Shown one piece after another: positions 17,698 through 26,842 of a stretch of 64,000 nt of DNA (position 1 is its first letter; each line of letters begins with the position of its first letter). The notes beneath the pieces were generated by a model that saw nothing but the letters and a program-made list of their open reading frames with translations, was not told where the DNA came from and did not search any database. The translations under genes and the position numbers were made by a program. The DNA is taken from positions 35,016 through 99,015 of the forward strand of contig CAVPPF010000001.1 of assembly GCA_963707435.1 (NCBI GenBank), in the 5' to 3' direction. The DNA is from an uncultured Actinomycetota bacterium. GTDB taxonomy: Bacteria; Actinomycetota; Acidimicrobiia; Spongiisociales; UBA4744.

Positions 17698-18459
17698 TTA
17701 CCGAGTTGTGGAGCGGTAAACGGTGAGTTGGTCGAGCATCTTCTCGAACCCTTCCGATAGGTACAGCCGGGCGGCAGGGTCGTTGTCCGGCTGGGTGTTG
17801 AGCATCATCGAACGGGCCCCGCGGCGTTTCGCCCACTGGTTGGAGGCCCGGACGAGCGAACGGCCGATGCCTTGCCGGGTGAAATTCGGATGGACCGCGA
17901 CCCGCTGGAGGTATCCGGCGATCGAACCCGCTCCGACGATGGCGAAACCGGTCGGCCGGCCCTCGTGGAACGTGAGGAGGAAACTCGAGTGGGGGGTGGC
18001 TCCCAGAGCCTCGCGAAGACCGTCGTGGTCGAGTCTCCACAGTGGGGGGAAGGCGTCGTGATCGATTTGCTCAATCGGTTCCCAGCTGTCACCAGACCGG
18101 CTGGTGACCTCGTGGGTTGGTTCGGGCTGCGATCCGATCAGGGAACGCGAGTACAGATCGAGGGACAGGTGAGGCTCGAACCCCGCAGTGAGCCAGATCC
18201 CGGCAGACGTTTCCGGAAGCGGAGGAGAGGCAACACCGGACACACCGAGATCGAGGAGGTACGTAGCGCAGGAGGCGAGGAAGTCGGAGCTTCCCCGGAC
18301 GAGACGCAAAGAAGCATCGGGAACGTCCTTGTTCCAGGGCCTGGCCTCGGCTTTCGCCCAGCCTTGCCTGAGGATCAGGCGACCCGGCCAGTCGCCCGTC
18401 ACCCGCATGTTCGATTCCGGTTGGGCAAGTCGTCGATGAGAGTGTCCATGTGGCTCCAC
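17698..18459 (-). CDS. GNAT family N-acetyltransferase
   Basis: AcCoA-binding motif LQRVAVHPNFTRQGIGRSLVRASNQWAKRRG. The start is uncertain, with an internal ATG at 18408. Confidence 0.75.
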   Translation of the reverse strand: MEPHGHSHRRLAQPESNMRVTGDWPGRLILRQGWAKAEARPWNKDVPDASLRLVRGSSDFLASCATYLLDLGVSGVASPPLPETSAGIWLTAGFEPHLSLDLYSRSLIGSQPEPTHEVTSRSGDSWEPIEQIDHDAFPPLWRLDHDGLREALGATPHSSFLLTFHEGRPTGFAIVGAGSIAGYLQRVAVHPNFTRQGIGRSLVRASNQWAKRRGARSMMLNTQPDNDPAARLYLSEGFEKMLDQLTVYRSTTR

Positions 18460-18533
18460 ATCGTAGGGCGGGCGTTGAGCCTCGCTGCCGGTGGTGGCTG
18501 CGCCGATGGGCGCGGTCTGCCACTATGAGGCCC

Positions 18534-19550
18534 ATGAAGGTACTCGTAGCCGCTCATCCGGCGTTTGCCGCTCACCGCACCGGTCCGTGGCACCCGGAAC
18601 GGCCGGATCGCCTGGTGGCGGCACATGCCGGGGCGGCAGCGGCGCCGGTCGATCTGGTCGAGTTCGCCCCCGCCAGAGCTGAACACGACATGCTGGCCCG
18701 GGTGCACCTGTCCGACTACGTGGACTCGATCAAACGTTTCTGCGCCGCCGGTGGAGGAGAGCTCGATCCCGATACGGTCGTTGTGCCTGATTCCTGGGAA
18801 GCGGCACTGCGATCAGCCGGGGCCGGACCCGGCGCCGCCGAGCTTCTTCAGCACGGTGCAGCAGAGGTGGCTTTTCTGCCGATCCGGCCACCCGGCCATC
18901 ACGCACTGCAGGATCGGGCGATGGGTTTCTGTATCTTCAATAATGTGGCGATAACCGCCCGCTACCTCACCGAGATGGGAAACCGTGTGGCGATCGTGGA
19001 CTGGGACGTGCATCACGGCAATGGCACCCAGGAGACGTTCCTCATGAACCCGGACGTGCTCTACGTCTCCCTGCACGAGTTTCCCGCCTACCCCGGTTCG
19101 GGTTGGGTCGACGAGGTGGGCATCGGGCCGGCGACCGGAACGGCAGTGAACTTCCCGATGCCGACCGGCACCGCGGGAGATGTGTATCGCGCCTCGTTCG
19201 AGAGGGTGGTCGTCCCCATCCTGTTGGCTTTCAAGCCCGACTGGCTGCTCGTCAGCGCGGGCTACGACGCCCATCGTGCAGATCCCCTGGCCGGCCTGGA
19301 CCTTCTCGAGAGCGACTATGCCGCGATGGGTGCGGCCCTCCGCCCGGTTGTTGGGCCCGGGAGAACCATTCTCTTCCTGGAAGGTGGCTACAACCTGACG
19401 GCCGTCGAGCGGTCCGTGACGGCCACCCTGCAGGGATTCGCAGGGGTTCCCGTTCCCGACGAAGCGGAGCGACCGGTATCTGGCTTGCGGTCCTGGAGGA
19501 CCCTGGAATTCGTCGTCGAAGCCCAGCGGCGCTACTGGCAAGTGGTTTAA
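18534..19550 (+). CDS. Histone deacetylase-family (class II HDAC/AcuC-like) amidohydrolase
   Basis: HPERPDRL, RPPGHHA, and DWDVHHGNGTQ...YVSLHE...GYDAH, the Zn-site and catalytic motifs of the arginase/deacetylase superfamily. ATG at 18525 is an alternative start. Confidence 0.85.
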   Translation: MKVLVAAHPAFAAHRTGPWHPERPDRLVAAHAGAAAAPVDLVEFAPARAEHDMLARVHLSDYVDSIKRFCAAGGGELDPDTVVVPDSWEAALRSAGAGPGAAELLQHGAAEVAFLPIRPPGHHALQDRAMGFCIFNNVAITARYLTEMGNRVAIVDWDVHHGNGTQETFLMNPDVLYVSLHEFPAYPGSGWVDEVGIGPATGTAVNFPMPTGTAGDVYRASFERVVVPILLAFKPDWLLVSAGYDAHRADPLAGLDLLESDYAAMGAALRPVVGPGRTILFLEGGYNLTAVERSVTATLQGFAGVPVPDEAERPVSGLRSWRTLEFVVEAQRRYWQVV

Positions 19551-19608
19551 GAACGACGGGTCCAGTGCCGATACACCCAGGGTCAGTACACACACGTCCG
19601 GAGGGAAG

Positions 19609-20691
19609 ATGACCGTACCGCTCGACGAACTGTTGAGGAAGATGATGGACGTCGAAGCATCCGATGTCCACCTGAAGGTCGGATCGCCTCCGGTGATGCG
19701 CATCGACGGTGATCTGCATCCAACGAGCCTCCCCACGCTGACTCCCCAGGACACAGAGTCGTACGCCCAGGGCATCATGACCCAGCGCGCCGCAGCCGAG
19801 TTTGCGGAGCACAGTGAGGCCGACTTCGCGTACGGAAAATCGGATCTCGGGCGGTTTCGCGTCAATGTGTTCCGTCAACGCGGATCCGTGAGTCTGGTAC
19901 TGCGCCAGGTCTTGCCCTCAACGAAGAGCTTCGAGAGTCTGGGCCTGCCTCCCATCCTCAACAAACTCTCCAACGAGCCGCGCGGCCTGGTGCTGGTGAC
20001 GGGCCCCACGGGATCCGGCAAGACAACGACCCTGGCGTCGATGATCGACTTCATCAACAGCAACAAGCGGGTCAATATTCTCACGATCGAGGATCCGATT
20101 GAGGTTCTCCACTCGGACAAGATGGCGATTGTCGCTCAGCGCGAGGTGGGATCCGATACGCGGGACTTCTCGGAAGCTCTGAAACGGGTGCTTCGCCAGG
20201 ATCCCGATGTGATCATGATCGGTGAGATGCGGGATGCAGAGACGGTAAAAGCGGCGCTGAAAGCAGCTGAAACCGGGCACCTGGTGCTGTCCTCGCTGCA
20301 TACCATCGACGCTACCGAGACCATCAACCGGATCGTCGACTTCTTCCCGCCGTACCAGCAGAAACAGATTCGCCTGCTCCTGGCCGGCACCCTGCGAGGG
20401 GTGGTGAGCCAGCGCCTTCTCGAACGCGTCGACGGCCACGGACGGGTCCCCGCCATCGAGGTCATGACCATGAACGCCAGAGTGTTCGACCGTATCGTCG
20501 AAGAAGGGCAGACCCACACGCTGGCCGACGTGATTGGTGAGAGTGAGTTCTACGGCATGCAGACGTTCGACAGTTCCATCTTGCAGCTCTTCAAGAAGGG
20601 CTTGATCGCATTCCAGGAAGCGTTGTCCAATGCGAGCAACCCCCACGACATGAGGGTTCAAGCCGAGCAAGCCGGACTGGTCGGCGTCTGA
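19609..20691 (+). CDS. pilT: PilT-family type IV pilus retraction ATPase homologue
   Basis: ASDVHLKVGSPPVMRIDG, Walker A GPTGSGKTTTLASMI, Walker B DPDVIMIGEMRD, and His box TGHLVLSSLHT. GGAGGGAAG RBS upstream. Confidence 0.88.
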   Translation: MTVPLDELLRKMMDVEASDVHLKVGSPPVMRIDGDLHPTSLPTLTPQDTESYAQGIMTQRAAAEFAEHSEADFAYGKSDLGRFRVNVFRQRGSVSLVLRQVLPSTKSFESLGLPPILNKLSNEPRGLVLVTGPTGSGKTTTLASMIDFINSNKRVNILTIEDPIEVLHSDKMAIVAQREVGSDTRDFSEALKRVLRQDPDVIMIGEMRDAETVKAALKAAETGHLVLSSLHTIDATETINRIVDFFPPYQQKQIRLLLAGTLRGVVSQRLLERVDGHGRVPAIEVMTMNARVFDRIVEEGQTHTLADVIGESEFYGMQTFDSSILQLFKKGLIAFQEALSNASNPHDMRVQAEQAGLVGV

Positions 20692-20736
20692 ATACGATCA
20701 AAGCGGGCGCAGTGAGGTAAGGAGCAGAAGGGCCGC

Positions 20737-22173
20737 ATGTGCGGCCCTTCTGCCTATCCTGATCACCAGATGATTCCCCCGAGACTCTCCTGGTTGCTCG
20801 AGCCGGACGGCGTCCCCATGCAACTCTCCCGGCTCTTCGCCGGGGAAGGTCACCGGCTGTACCTGGTGGGGGGGTCGATGCGGGATGCCCTCCTCGACCG
20901 CCAGCATTTCGACCTGGATTTTGCCACCGACGCCAACCCCGGCGAGATCAAAGCGGTCGTCGCCGGGTGGGCCGATTCGGTTTTCACGGTTGGCGAAGCA
21001 TTCGGAACCATCGGCGTGGTCAAGGACGGATACACCCATGAGGTCACGACCTTTCGAAGCGAGGTGTACCGCAATGACAGCCGCAAGCCGCACGTGGCAT
21101 TCACCGACGATCTCGAGGTGGACCTGTCGCGGCGAGACTTCACCATCAACGCCATCGCCGTGCGGTTGCCCGATCCCGAGTTGATCGATCCCCACGGAGG
21201 CCTCGGAGACCTGCATGCCAGGCTGTTGCGAACGCCGCTGGCACCGGAAATCTCCTTCTCCGATGATCCGTTGCGGATGCTCCGGCTGTTCCGGTTCATG
21301 GCCACGCTGGAATTCGAACCAGATCCGGCGGCCCTGGCCGCGGTCGTAGCGATGGCCGATCGCCTGTCGATCATCAGTGCAGAGAGGATCCGGGACGAGT
21401 TGTCGAAACTGCTCCTGGCTCCCGAGCCGGGACGGGCGCTGCTGGGCATGGTGCGCGCCGGCCTGACCGCCTCCATCGTTCCCGAACTGGCGGCGCTGGA
21501 GATGGCTCAGGATCCGGTCCACCGCCACAAAGACGTTCTGGCACACACCATGGCGGTGGTCGACAAGACCGAACCGAAGCTCGAGTTGCGCCTGGCAGCA
21601 CTGCTGCACGATGTGGGCAAGCCGGCCACCCGGCAATTCTTGGAGGGTGGTGCCACCTTTCACCATCACGAGGTGGTCGGAGCCCGAATGGCCCGCCAGC
21701 GTTTGCGCGAGCTGCGATTCCCCAAGCGGGTGGTCGACGACGTGAGCCAGCTGGTGTTTCTGCACCTCCGTCCCCATACGTTCAAGATGGGGTGGACGGA
21801 CTCGGCCGTGCGGCGGTATGTGCGGGATGCCGGGGATTTGCTCGACGATCTCAATCAGCTGGTTCGTTGCGATGTGACGACCCGGAACAGAGAGCGAGCC
21901 CGGGAAATCCAGGACCGCATCGACGAACTGGAAGAACGAATAGCGCAGCTGCGCGAGAAAGAACATCTGGAGTCACTGCGACCGCCCATCAACGGCAACG
22001 ACGTCATGGAGTATCTCAGCATTCCGCCCGGCCCGCAGATCGGCGTGGTCATGGACCTCTTGACCGAACACCGGATTGAAGAGGGGCCTTACGAGGCCCG
22101 GGAGGCGTACCGTTTGGTCAGAGCATGGGCGATCGAGCATGGCATGGATGATCCGGGTGAACATGGCGAGTAG
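20737..22173 (+). CDS. cca: CCA tRNA nucleotidyltransferase / PcnA-type class II nucleotidyltransferase with HD domain
   Basis: LYLVGGSMRDALL...DLDFAT is the nucleotidyltransferase motif, and LLHDVGKP is the HD domain. Likely real starts are the internal ATG at 20770 or 20818. Confidence 0.88.
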   Translation: MCGPSAYPDHQMIPPRLSWLLEPDGVPMQLSRLFAGEGHRLYLVGGSMRDALLDRQHFDLDFATDANPGEIKAVVAGWADSVFTVGEAFGTIGVVKDGYTHEVTTFRSEVYRNDSRKPHVAFTDDLEVDLSRRDFTINAIAVRLPDPELIDPHGGLGDLHARLLRTPLAPEISFSDDPLRMLRLFRFMATLEFEPDPAALAAVVAMADRLSIISAERIRDELSKLLLAPEPGRALLGMVRAGLTASIVPELAALEMAQDPVHRHKDVLAHTMAVVDKTEPKLELRLAALLHDVGKPATRQFLEGGATFHHHEVVGARMARQRLRELRFPKRVVDDVSQLVFLHLRPHTFKMGWTDSAVRRYVRDAGDLLDDLNQLVRCDVTTRNRERAREIQDRIDELEERIAQLREKEHLESLRPPINGNDVMEYLSIPPGPQIGVVMDLLTEHRIEEGPYEAREAYRLVRAWAIEHGMDDPGEHGE

Positions 22174-23695
22174 CGGGCGCCGGGCGGTCGTGGTGGTGGG
22201 TGCCGTCCTGGCGCTCGCCGGATGCGTTTCTTTGCCGGCCGAAACGACCTCGACGGCCGATCCGGTCACCACCGCGTCCACGGTGGTCGTGACGGAGCCG
22301 ACGGCCCCCTTCGACGGACTGGCCGGTGCAGAAGGGTACGGCGATCCCTACAACCCGTCGGCGGGCAACGGTGGTTATGACGTTGTGCACTACGACCTCG
22401 ATCTCGATCTCGATGTGGCCACCGGGGCTTTGCTCGGAGTGGCGAACCTCGAGGCGATTTCGCTCGAAAGGCTGGCCTCGTTCAACCTCGATCTCTCCGG
22501 ACTGGATGTGTCGGCAGTTGCGGTCGACGGAACCGCAGTTGATTTCTCGGTCGATGGCGGTGAACTGACCGTGGTTGCAGACCTCGAGCGGGGACGTGCC
22601 TTCCGCGTCACGGTCGGCTACGGGGGTACGGCCGGACAGGTGGCCTCGGGCTCTGTTCGGTACCCGAATGGATGGATCCGAAGTTCGGATGGGCTCTTCA
22701 CCGTCAATGAGCCCGATGGTGCGGCCACCTGGTACCCGGTCAACAACCACCCGTCGGACAAAGCCACGTACACGATCAGCGTGACCGTTGACGACCCGTA
22801 CGTTGCCGTTTCGAACGGACTCCTCGAACAGAAGCGTTCCGACGGGGAGGCCACGACCTTCGTGTATTCATCCGATGATCCGATGGCCAGCTACCTGACG
22901 GTGATCGCCATCGGCCGATTTGAAGAGGAACCGGAGGCGGGGCCGCAAGGCCTGCCGATCCGCAACTACTTCTCTGAGGGAATCTCCTTGGTCGAGCGAG
23001 GGTACTTCGCCCGGCAGGCCGACATCATCGAGTTCTTCTCCGGCTTGTTCGGCCCCTATCCGTTCGACTCGTACGGGTCCGTGGTGGTCGATGCAGATCT
23101 GGGCGCAGCCCTGGAAACCCAGACGATGTCCACCTTCGGTCGAGGCATCTTGACGCTGGGTGAGGCGGTGGTTGCCCACGAACTCGCCCACCAGTGGTTC
23201 GGCGACAGTGTGACTCCGGAGGAGTGGAAGGACATCTGGTTGAACGAAGGGTTCGCCACGTACGCAGAGTGGTTGTGGTCGGCACATGTCGGTGGACCTC
23301 AGGTTCTCGAAGACAGAATCACGAATGCGTACAAGACCATGAGCGGATTGAACCTGGTGGCCGGGGGCGTGGATCCTGAGCTGGCGGCGACCCGGGCGGC
23401 CTTGCAGTATCCGCCGCCCGGAACTCCCCCGCTGAATGACCTCTTCAATCCCTCCGTCTACCAGCGGGGAGCACTGACGTTGCACGCTCTGCGGTTGCGG
23501 ATCGGCGACGCGGCCTTCTTCGAACTCCTCCGGTCGTACACGAGCGCCTACCGGCATCAGAACGCATCGACGGAGGATTTTACCGCTCTTGCCGAAGAGA
23601 TCGGCGGCCAGGATCTCGACGATCTGTTTGCGAAATGGCTGTTCGATACCGCGATCCCGCCGATACCGGAACTCGATCTCGCTCCCCCCGGCTGA
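22163..23695 (+). CDS. M1-family zinc aminopeptidase, probable lipoprotein
   Basis: HELAHQWFGD plus NEGFATYAEW form the gluzincin HEXXH-E motif. ATG at 22163 yields MASSGRRAVVVVGAVLALAGC (lipobox LAGC). It overlaps the cca stop. Confidence 0.88.
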   Translation: MASSGRRAVVVVGAVLALAGCVSLPAETTSTADPVTTASTVVVTEPTAPFDGLAGAEGYGDPYNPSAGNGGYDVVHYDLDLDLDVATGALLGVANLEAISLERLASFNLDLSGLDVSAVAVDGTAVDFSVDGGELTVVADLERGRAFRVTVGYGGTAGQVASGSVRYPNGWIRSSDGLFTVNEPDGAATWYPVNNHPSDKATYTISVTVDDPYVAVSNGLLEQKRSDGEATTFVYSSDDPMASYLTVIAIGRFEEEPEAGPQGLPIRNYFSEGISLVERGYFARQADIIEFFSGLFGPYPFDSYGSVVVDADLGAALETQTMSTFGRGILTLGEAVVAHELAHQWFGDSVTPEEWKDIWLNEGFATYAEWLWSAHVGGPQVLEDRITNAYKTMSGLNLVAGGVDPELAATRAALQYPPPGTPPLNDLFNPSVYQRGALTLHALRLRIGDAAFFELLRSYTSAYRHQNASTEDFTALAEEIGGQDLDDLFAKWLFDTAIPPIPELDLAPPG

Positions 23696-23722
23696 CCGAA
23701 AGCGTGTGGCCAATTGCATGAT

Positions 23723-23742
23723 TATGCGGATATGCGTATAGT
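23723..23742. promoter_or_regulatory. Putative ArgR operator upstream of argC
   Basis: TATGCGGATATGCGTATAGT is identical to the 20-mer at 29411-29430. The first 18 nt form an imperfect palindrome (7 of 9 pairs). The adjacent ATTGCATGATTATGCGGA fits TGCAT-N4-ATGCG. It lies 15 nt upstream of the argC GTG. Confidence 0.6.
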
Positions 23743-23756
23743 CCGGGGCTCTTCGA

Positions 23757-24803
23757 GTGAGGTTCTCATTGGGTCATAGCGTTGCGATCCTCGGTGCTTC
23801 CGGGTACGCGGGAGGTGAGCTGGTGCGGCTGCTCGACGGCCACCCGGTCCTCGATGTCGCCTACCTGGGGGCCAACACGAGCGCCGGGCGGAGGCTTGCC
23901 GAAGTTCATCCCCATGTGGCGGGTGGAGATCGGATCCTCGGGGTGATCGATCCGGGCGCTGTGCCCCCGGTGGATCTTGTCTTCCTGGCCCTTCCGCACG
24001 GCGCCTCGGCCCGGGTTGCTCGGAAGTTGCTGGACCGGGGAGTGCGGGTCGTCGATCTCGGCAGCGACTATCGCCTGGATACACCCGAGCGGTACGCATC
24101 CGCCTACGGGGAACCGCACCCGTTCCCGGAGGACCTCGCCGAGTGGCCGTACGGTCTGCCGGAGCTGTTCGGGGATTCGCTGGTCGGCGTTGACCGCGTC
24201 GCGGCTCCCGGCTGCTATCCGACCGCGGCGGTCCTCGGTCTTGCGCCGCTCCTCGCTGCCAGGCTGATCCAGCCGGTCGGGATTGTCGTGAATGCCATGT
24301 CGGGGGTTTCCGGTGCCGGGCGAGCCGTTCGTGAGGATCTGCAATTCGGGGCCATTCATGGGAACGTGGGCGCCTACGCGATCGGCCATCACCGGCACCG
24401 GCCCGAGATGGAGATGGCGCTCGAGTTGGCCTCCGGGATCCCCCGGGTGTCCCTGACGTTCACACCGCATCTGGTGCCGATGCAGCGAGGCATTCTGTCG
24501 ACGGCCACGGCAGTCCTCTCCGAACCGGTCGAACGAGGTGAATTGGTTGAAGCCCTGGAGGACGCCTACCGGTGGGCAGTCTTCGTTGATGTGATCGGTG
24601 GCTCTCCCCAAACCCGCTGGGTGGTGGGATCCAACCGGGCAACGATCGGTGTCTTCGTCGACGAAATGACCGGCCGGGCCATCATCCTGACGGCTATCGA
24701 CAACTTGATCAAAGGGGCTGCCGGACAGGCCATTCAGGCAGCCAACCTGATGCTGGGTATCGACGGTGGTGCCGGACTGCCGATGTCCGGTTGGACGCCA
24801 TGA
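23757..24803 (+). CDS. argC: N-acetyl-gamma-glutamyl-phosphate reductase
   Basis: VAILGASGYAGGELVRLL is the NAD-binding motif. AAPGCYPTAA contains the catalytic Cys motif. Confidence 0.93.
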   Translation: MRFSLGHSVAILGASGYAGGELVRLLDGHPVLDVAYLGANTSAGRRLAEVHPHVAGGDRILGVIDPGAVPPVDLVFLALPHGASARVARKLLDRGVRVVDLGSDYRLDTPERYASAYGEPHPFPEDLAEWPYGLPELFGDSLVGVDRVAAPGCYPTAAVLGLAPLLAARLIQPVGIVVNAMSGVSGAGRAVREDLQFGAIHGNVGAYAIGHHRHRPEMEMALELASGIPRVSLTFTPHLVPMQRGILSTATAVLSEPVERGELVEALEDAYRWAVFVDVIGGSPQTRWVVGSNRATIGVFVDEMTGRAIILTAIDNLIKGAAGQAIQAANLMLGIDGGAGLPMSGWTP

Positions 24804-24840
24804 CCCACCCGTCCTGCACGGCGATTGAGGGGGGTTCGTA

Positions 24841-25770
24841 GTGGCTATCGGGCATTCCGCACCCAATCCGGTGAAGTCGCGCATCGCTACCACCATGGGG
24901 AAGGCCCGCATTCTCATGGAGGCTATGCCGTACATCCAGGCGTTTCGGGGGAAAACGGTCGTGGTCAAATACGGTGGTTCGGCCATGGTCGATGAACATC
25001 TGCGGCACAGCTTTGCAGGAGACGTCACGCTGCTTTCCCTCGTCGGTATGAAGGTCGTCGTGGTCCACGGAGGCGGTCCGCAGATCAACGAATCTCTGCG
25101 GAAGGCCGGGATCGAATCCCGATGGGTGGACGGGTTGCGTATCTCGGATGCAGAGACGATCAAGGTCGTGCAGTCGGTCTTGGCCGGCGAGGTGAATCCC
25201 GACATCGTGCGTCTCCTTGCCGGCCATGATGCGAGGGCGGCAGGGATCACGGGGATCGACGGGGGCCTGCTGTTGGCTCGTCCGAAGGATCCCCGCCTTG
25301 GATTCGTCGGCGAGGTGGCCAGGGTCGATCCCGAAATCATCCACGGAATGCTCGAGCACGGCCTGGTCCCGGTGATTGCGCCACTGGCTCGGGGAATCGA
25401 CGATGGGCAGGTCTACAACCTCAACGCGGACACCGCAGCCGGGGTGCTGGCCGGCGAACTCGGAGCGGAAAAACTCGTCTACCTGACCGACGTCGAAGGC
25501 CTCTATCGCGATGCCGCGGACGAAAGCAGCCTGATCCAGAAGATGAGCTTGTCTGAGGGGAGGGATCTGCTCGAGAGCGGATCGGTGGCCGGTGGGATGC
25601 TGCCCAAGCTGGGCTCCTGCGTGCAGGCGATGGAGGCCGGCGTCCGCCGGGCTCACATCCTGGACGGTCGGGTCCAGCATGCGCTGCTCCTCGAGATCTT
25701 CACCCCCGAAGGAATCGGGACGATGATCCGCCAGGACACCGAAGGCCAACCGTCGGTCCTCTTCGACTGA
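24841..25770 (+). CDS. argB: Acetylglutamate kinase
   Basis: YIQAFRGKTVVVKYGGSAM, VVVVHGGGPQI and YNLNADTAAG. ATG at 24895 is a likely alternative start. Confidence 0.93.
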   Translation: MAIGHSAPNPVKSRIATTMGKARILMEAMPYIQAFRGKTVVVKYGGSAMVDEHLRHSFAGDVTLLSLVGMKVVVVHGGGPQINESLRKAGIESRWVDGLRISDAETIKVVQSVLAGEVNPDIVRLLAGHDARAAGITGIDGGLLLARPKDPRLGFVGEVARVDPEIIHGMLEHGLVPVIAPLARGIDDGQVYNLNADTAAGVLAGELGAEKLVYLTDVEGLYRDAADESSLIQKMSLSEGRDLLESGSVAGGMLPKLGSCVQAMEAGVRRAHILDGRVQHALLLEIFTPEGIGTMIRQDTEGQPSVLFD

Positions 25771-25783
25771 AACGCCGGCGTCT

Positions 25784-26755
25784 TCAGCCTGAGGCGAAGC
25801 GCGTCAGACCGTCGTTGATGGCGGCAATGAGGCTCTCCCCGCCGCCGTGCCCTGCGTCTTCGAGAACATGGAGTTCGCTGGTGGCCCACCGTTGGGAGAG
25901 CCGCCAGGCGGTCTCGAGCGGGCTGCTGACGTCGTAGCGGCCGTGGATGAGAACCCCCGGAATGCCGTTGAGGACCGGGGCATCCCGGACGAGCTGGTCC
26001 TCTTCGAGGAAGGCCGAGTTTCGCCAGTAGTGGGTGACCAACCGGGCGAAGCGCAAGCGAAATCCCGGGTCCTGGAAACGAGGGTTCGGGCGATGGCCCG
26101 GGCTGAGCGAGACATGCGCATCTTCCCAGGAGCACCACCGTCTCGCCGCCGCCTCGCACACGGCGGGGTCGGGGTCGGTGAGCAAGCTGGCGTAGGCATC
26201 GACCAGGGGGAGGTGCCCCAGTTCGGCAGGCACCCCGCCGGCAAGTTCGTCCCACTGCTGCGGGAAAATCCGGCCAACGTCACGGGTCAGCCACTCGACC
26301 TCGCGCCGGGACGTGGTCGTCACCAGCGCCAGTACCAGCGCATCGACGCTGTGTGGATGCGCCTGGGCGTAGGCCAGACCCAGCGTCGTCCCCCAGGACA
26401 AGCCCAGGATGGTCCAGCGGTCGACACCAAGGCGATGGCGCAACGCTTCGATATCTGCGATCAGGTGGCCGGTGGTGTTGGTGCTGAGATCGGCGGCCGC
26501 CTCCTCAGCGGCCGCCTCCTCAGCAACCGGCCGGCTGCGACCCGACCCCCGTTGATCGAAGAGCACGGCCCGATATGCCTCCGGGTCGAAGAAGCGTCGC
26601 TGGCCCGGCGTGGCACCCGAACCTGGTCCCCCGTGCAGAAACAAGGCCGGCTTCCCGGCTGGATTTCCGCAGCATTCCCAATAGATCCGGTGCCCGTCAC
26701 CGACGTCCAGCATGCCGCTTTCGTACGGTTCGATCGGTGGGGATTGGATCTGCAT
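25784..26755 (-). CDS. pip: Proline iminopeptidase (S33 alpha/beta hydrolase)
   Basis: ATG at 26755 is preceded by GGAAGGAG. YESGMLDVGDGHRIYWECCGNPAGKPALFLHGGPGSG, then DQRGSGRS, then the nucleophile elbow GLSWGTTL. The track's 436-aa version is over-extended. Confidence 0.88.
   Translation of the reverse strand: MQIQSPPIEPYESGMLDVGDGHRIYWECCGNPAGKPALFLHGGPGSGATPGQRRFFDPEAYRAVLFDQRGSGRSRPVAEEAAAEEAAADLSTNTTGHLIADIEALRHRLGVDRWTILGLSWGTTLGLAYAQAHPHSVDALVLALVTTTSRREVEWLTRDVGRIFPQQWDELAGGVPAELGHLPLVDAYASLLTDPDPAVCEAAARRWCSWEDAHVSLSPGHRPNPRFQDPGFRLRFARLVTHYWRNSAFLEEDQLVRDAPVLNGIPGVLIHGRYDVSSPLETAWRLSQRWATSELHVLEDAGHGGGESLIAAINDGLTRFASG
26494..26523. repeat. Perfect 15-bp tandem duplication inside pip
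   Basis: CGGCCGCCTCCTCAG occurs twice in tandem. It is in frame and contributes the doubled AAEEA in PVAEEAAAEEAAADL. Confidence 0.9.
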
Positions 26756-26842
26756 CCAATGCTCCTTCCTGGGCAGGGCAGACGCGACACTACCTCGCCT
26801 CATCCGGGCACGTGTAGCGTTGGAACTGCGCCGGAGGTGCAG

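Noticed and set aside
20698-21966. 422-aa minus-strand ORF
   Set aside because: It is antisense to cca, which has both nucleotidyltransferase and HD motifs.
23766-25340. 524-aa minus-strand ORF
   Set aside because: It is antisense to argC and argB, has low-complexity Arg/Pro/Ser-rich composition, and shows no motifs.
25847-26842. 5' two-thirds of the 594-aa plus-strand ORF 25847..27631
   Set aside because: This part is antisense to pip. The credible gene starts at ATG 26843, which has a GGAGG RBS.
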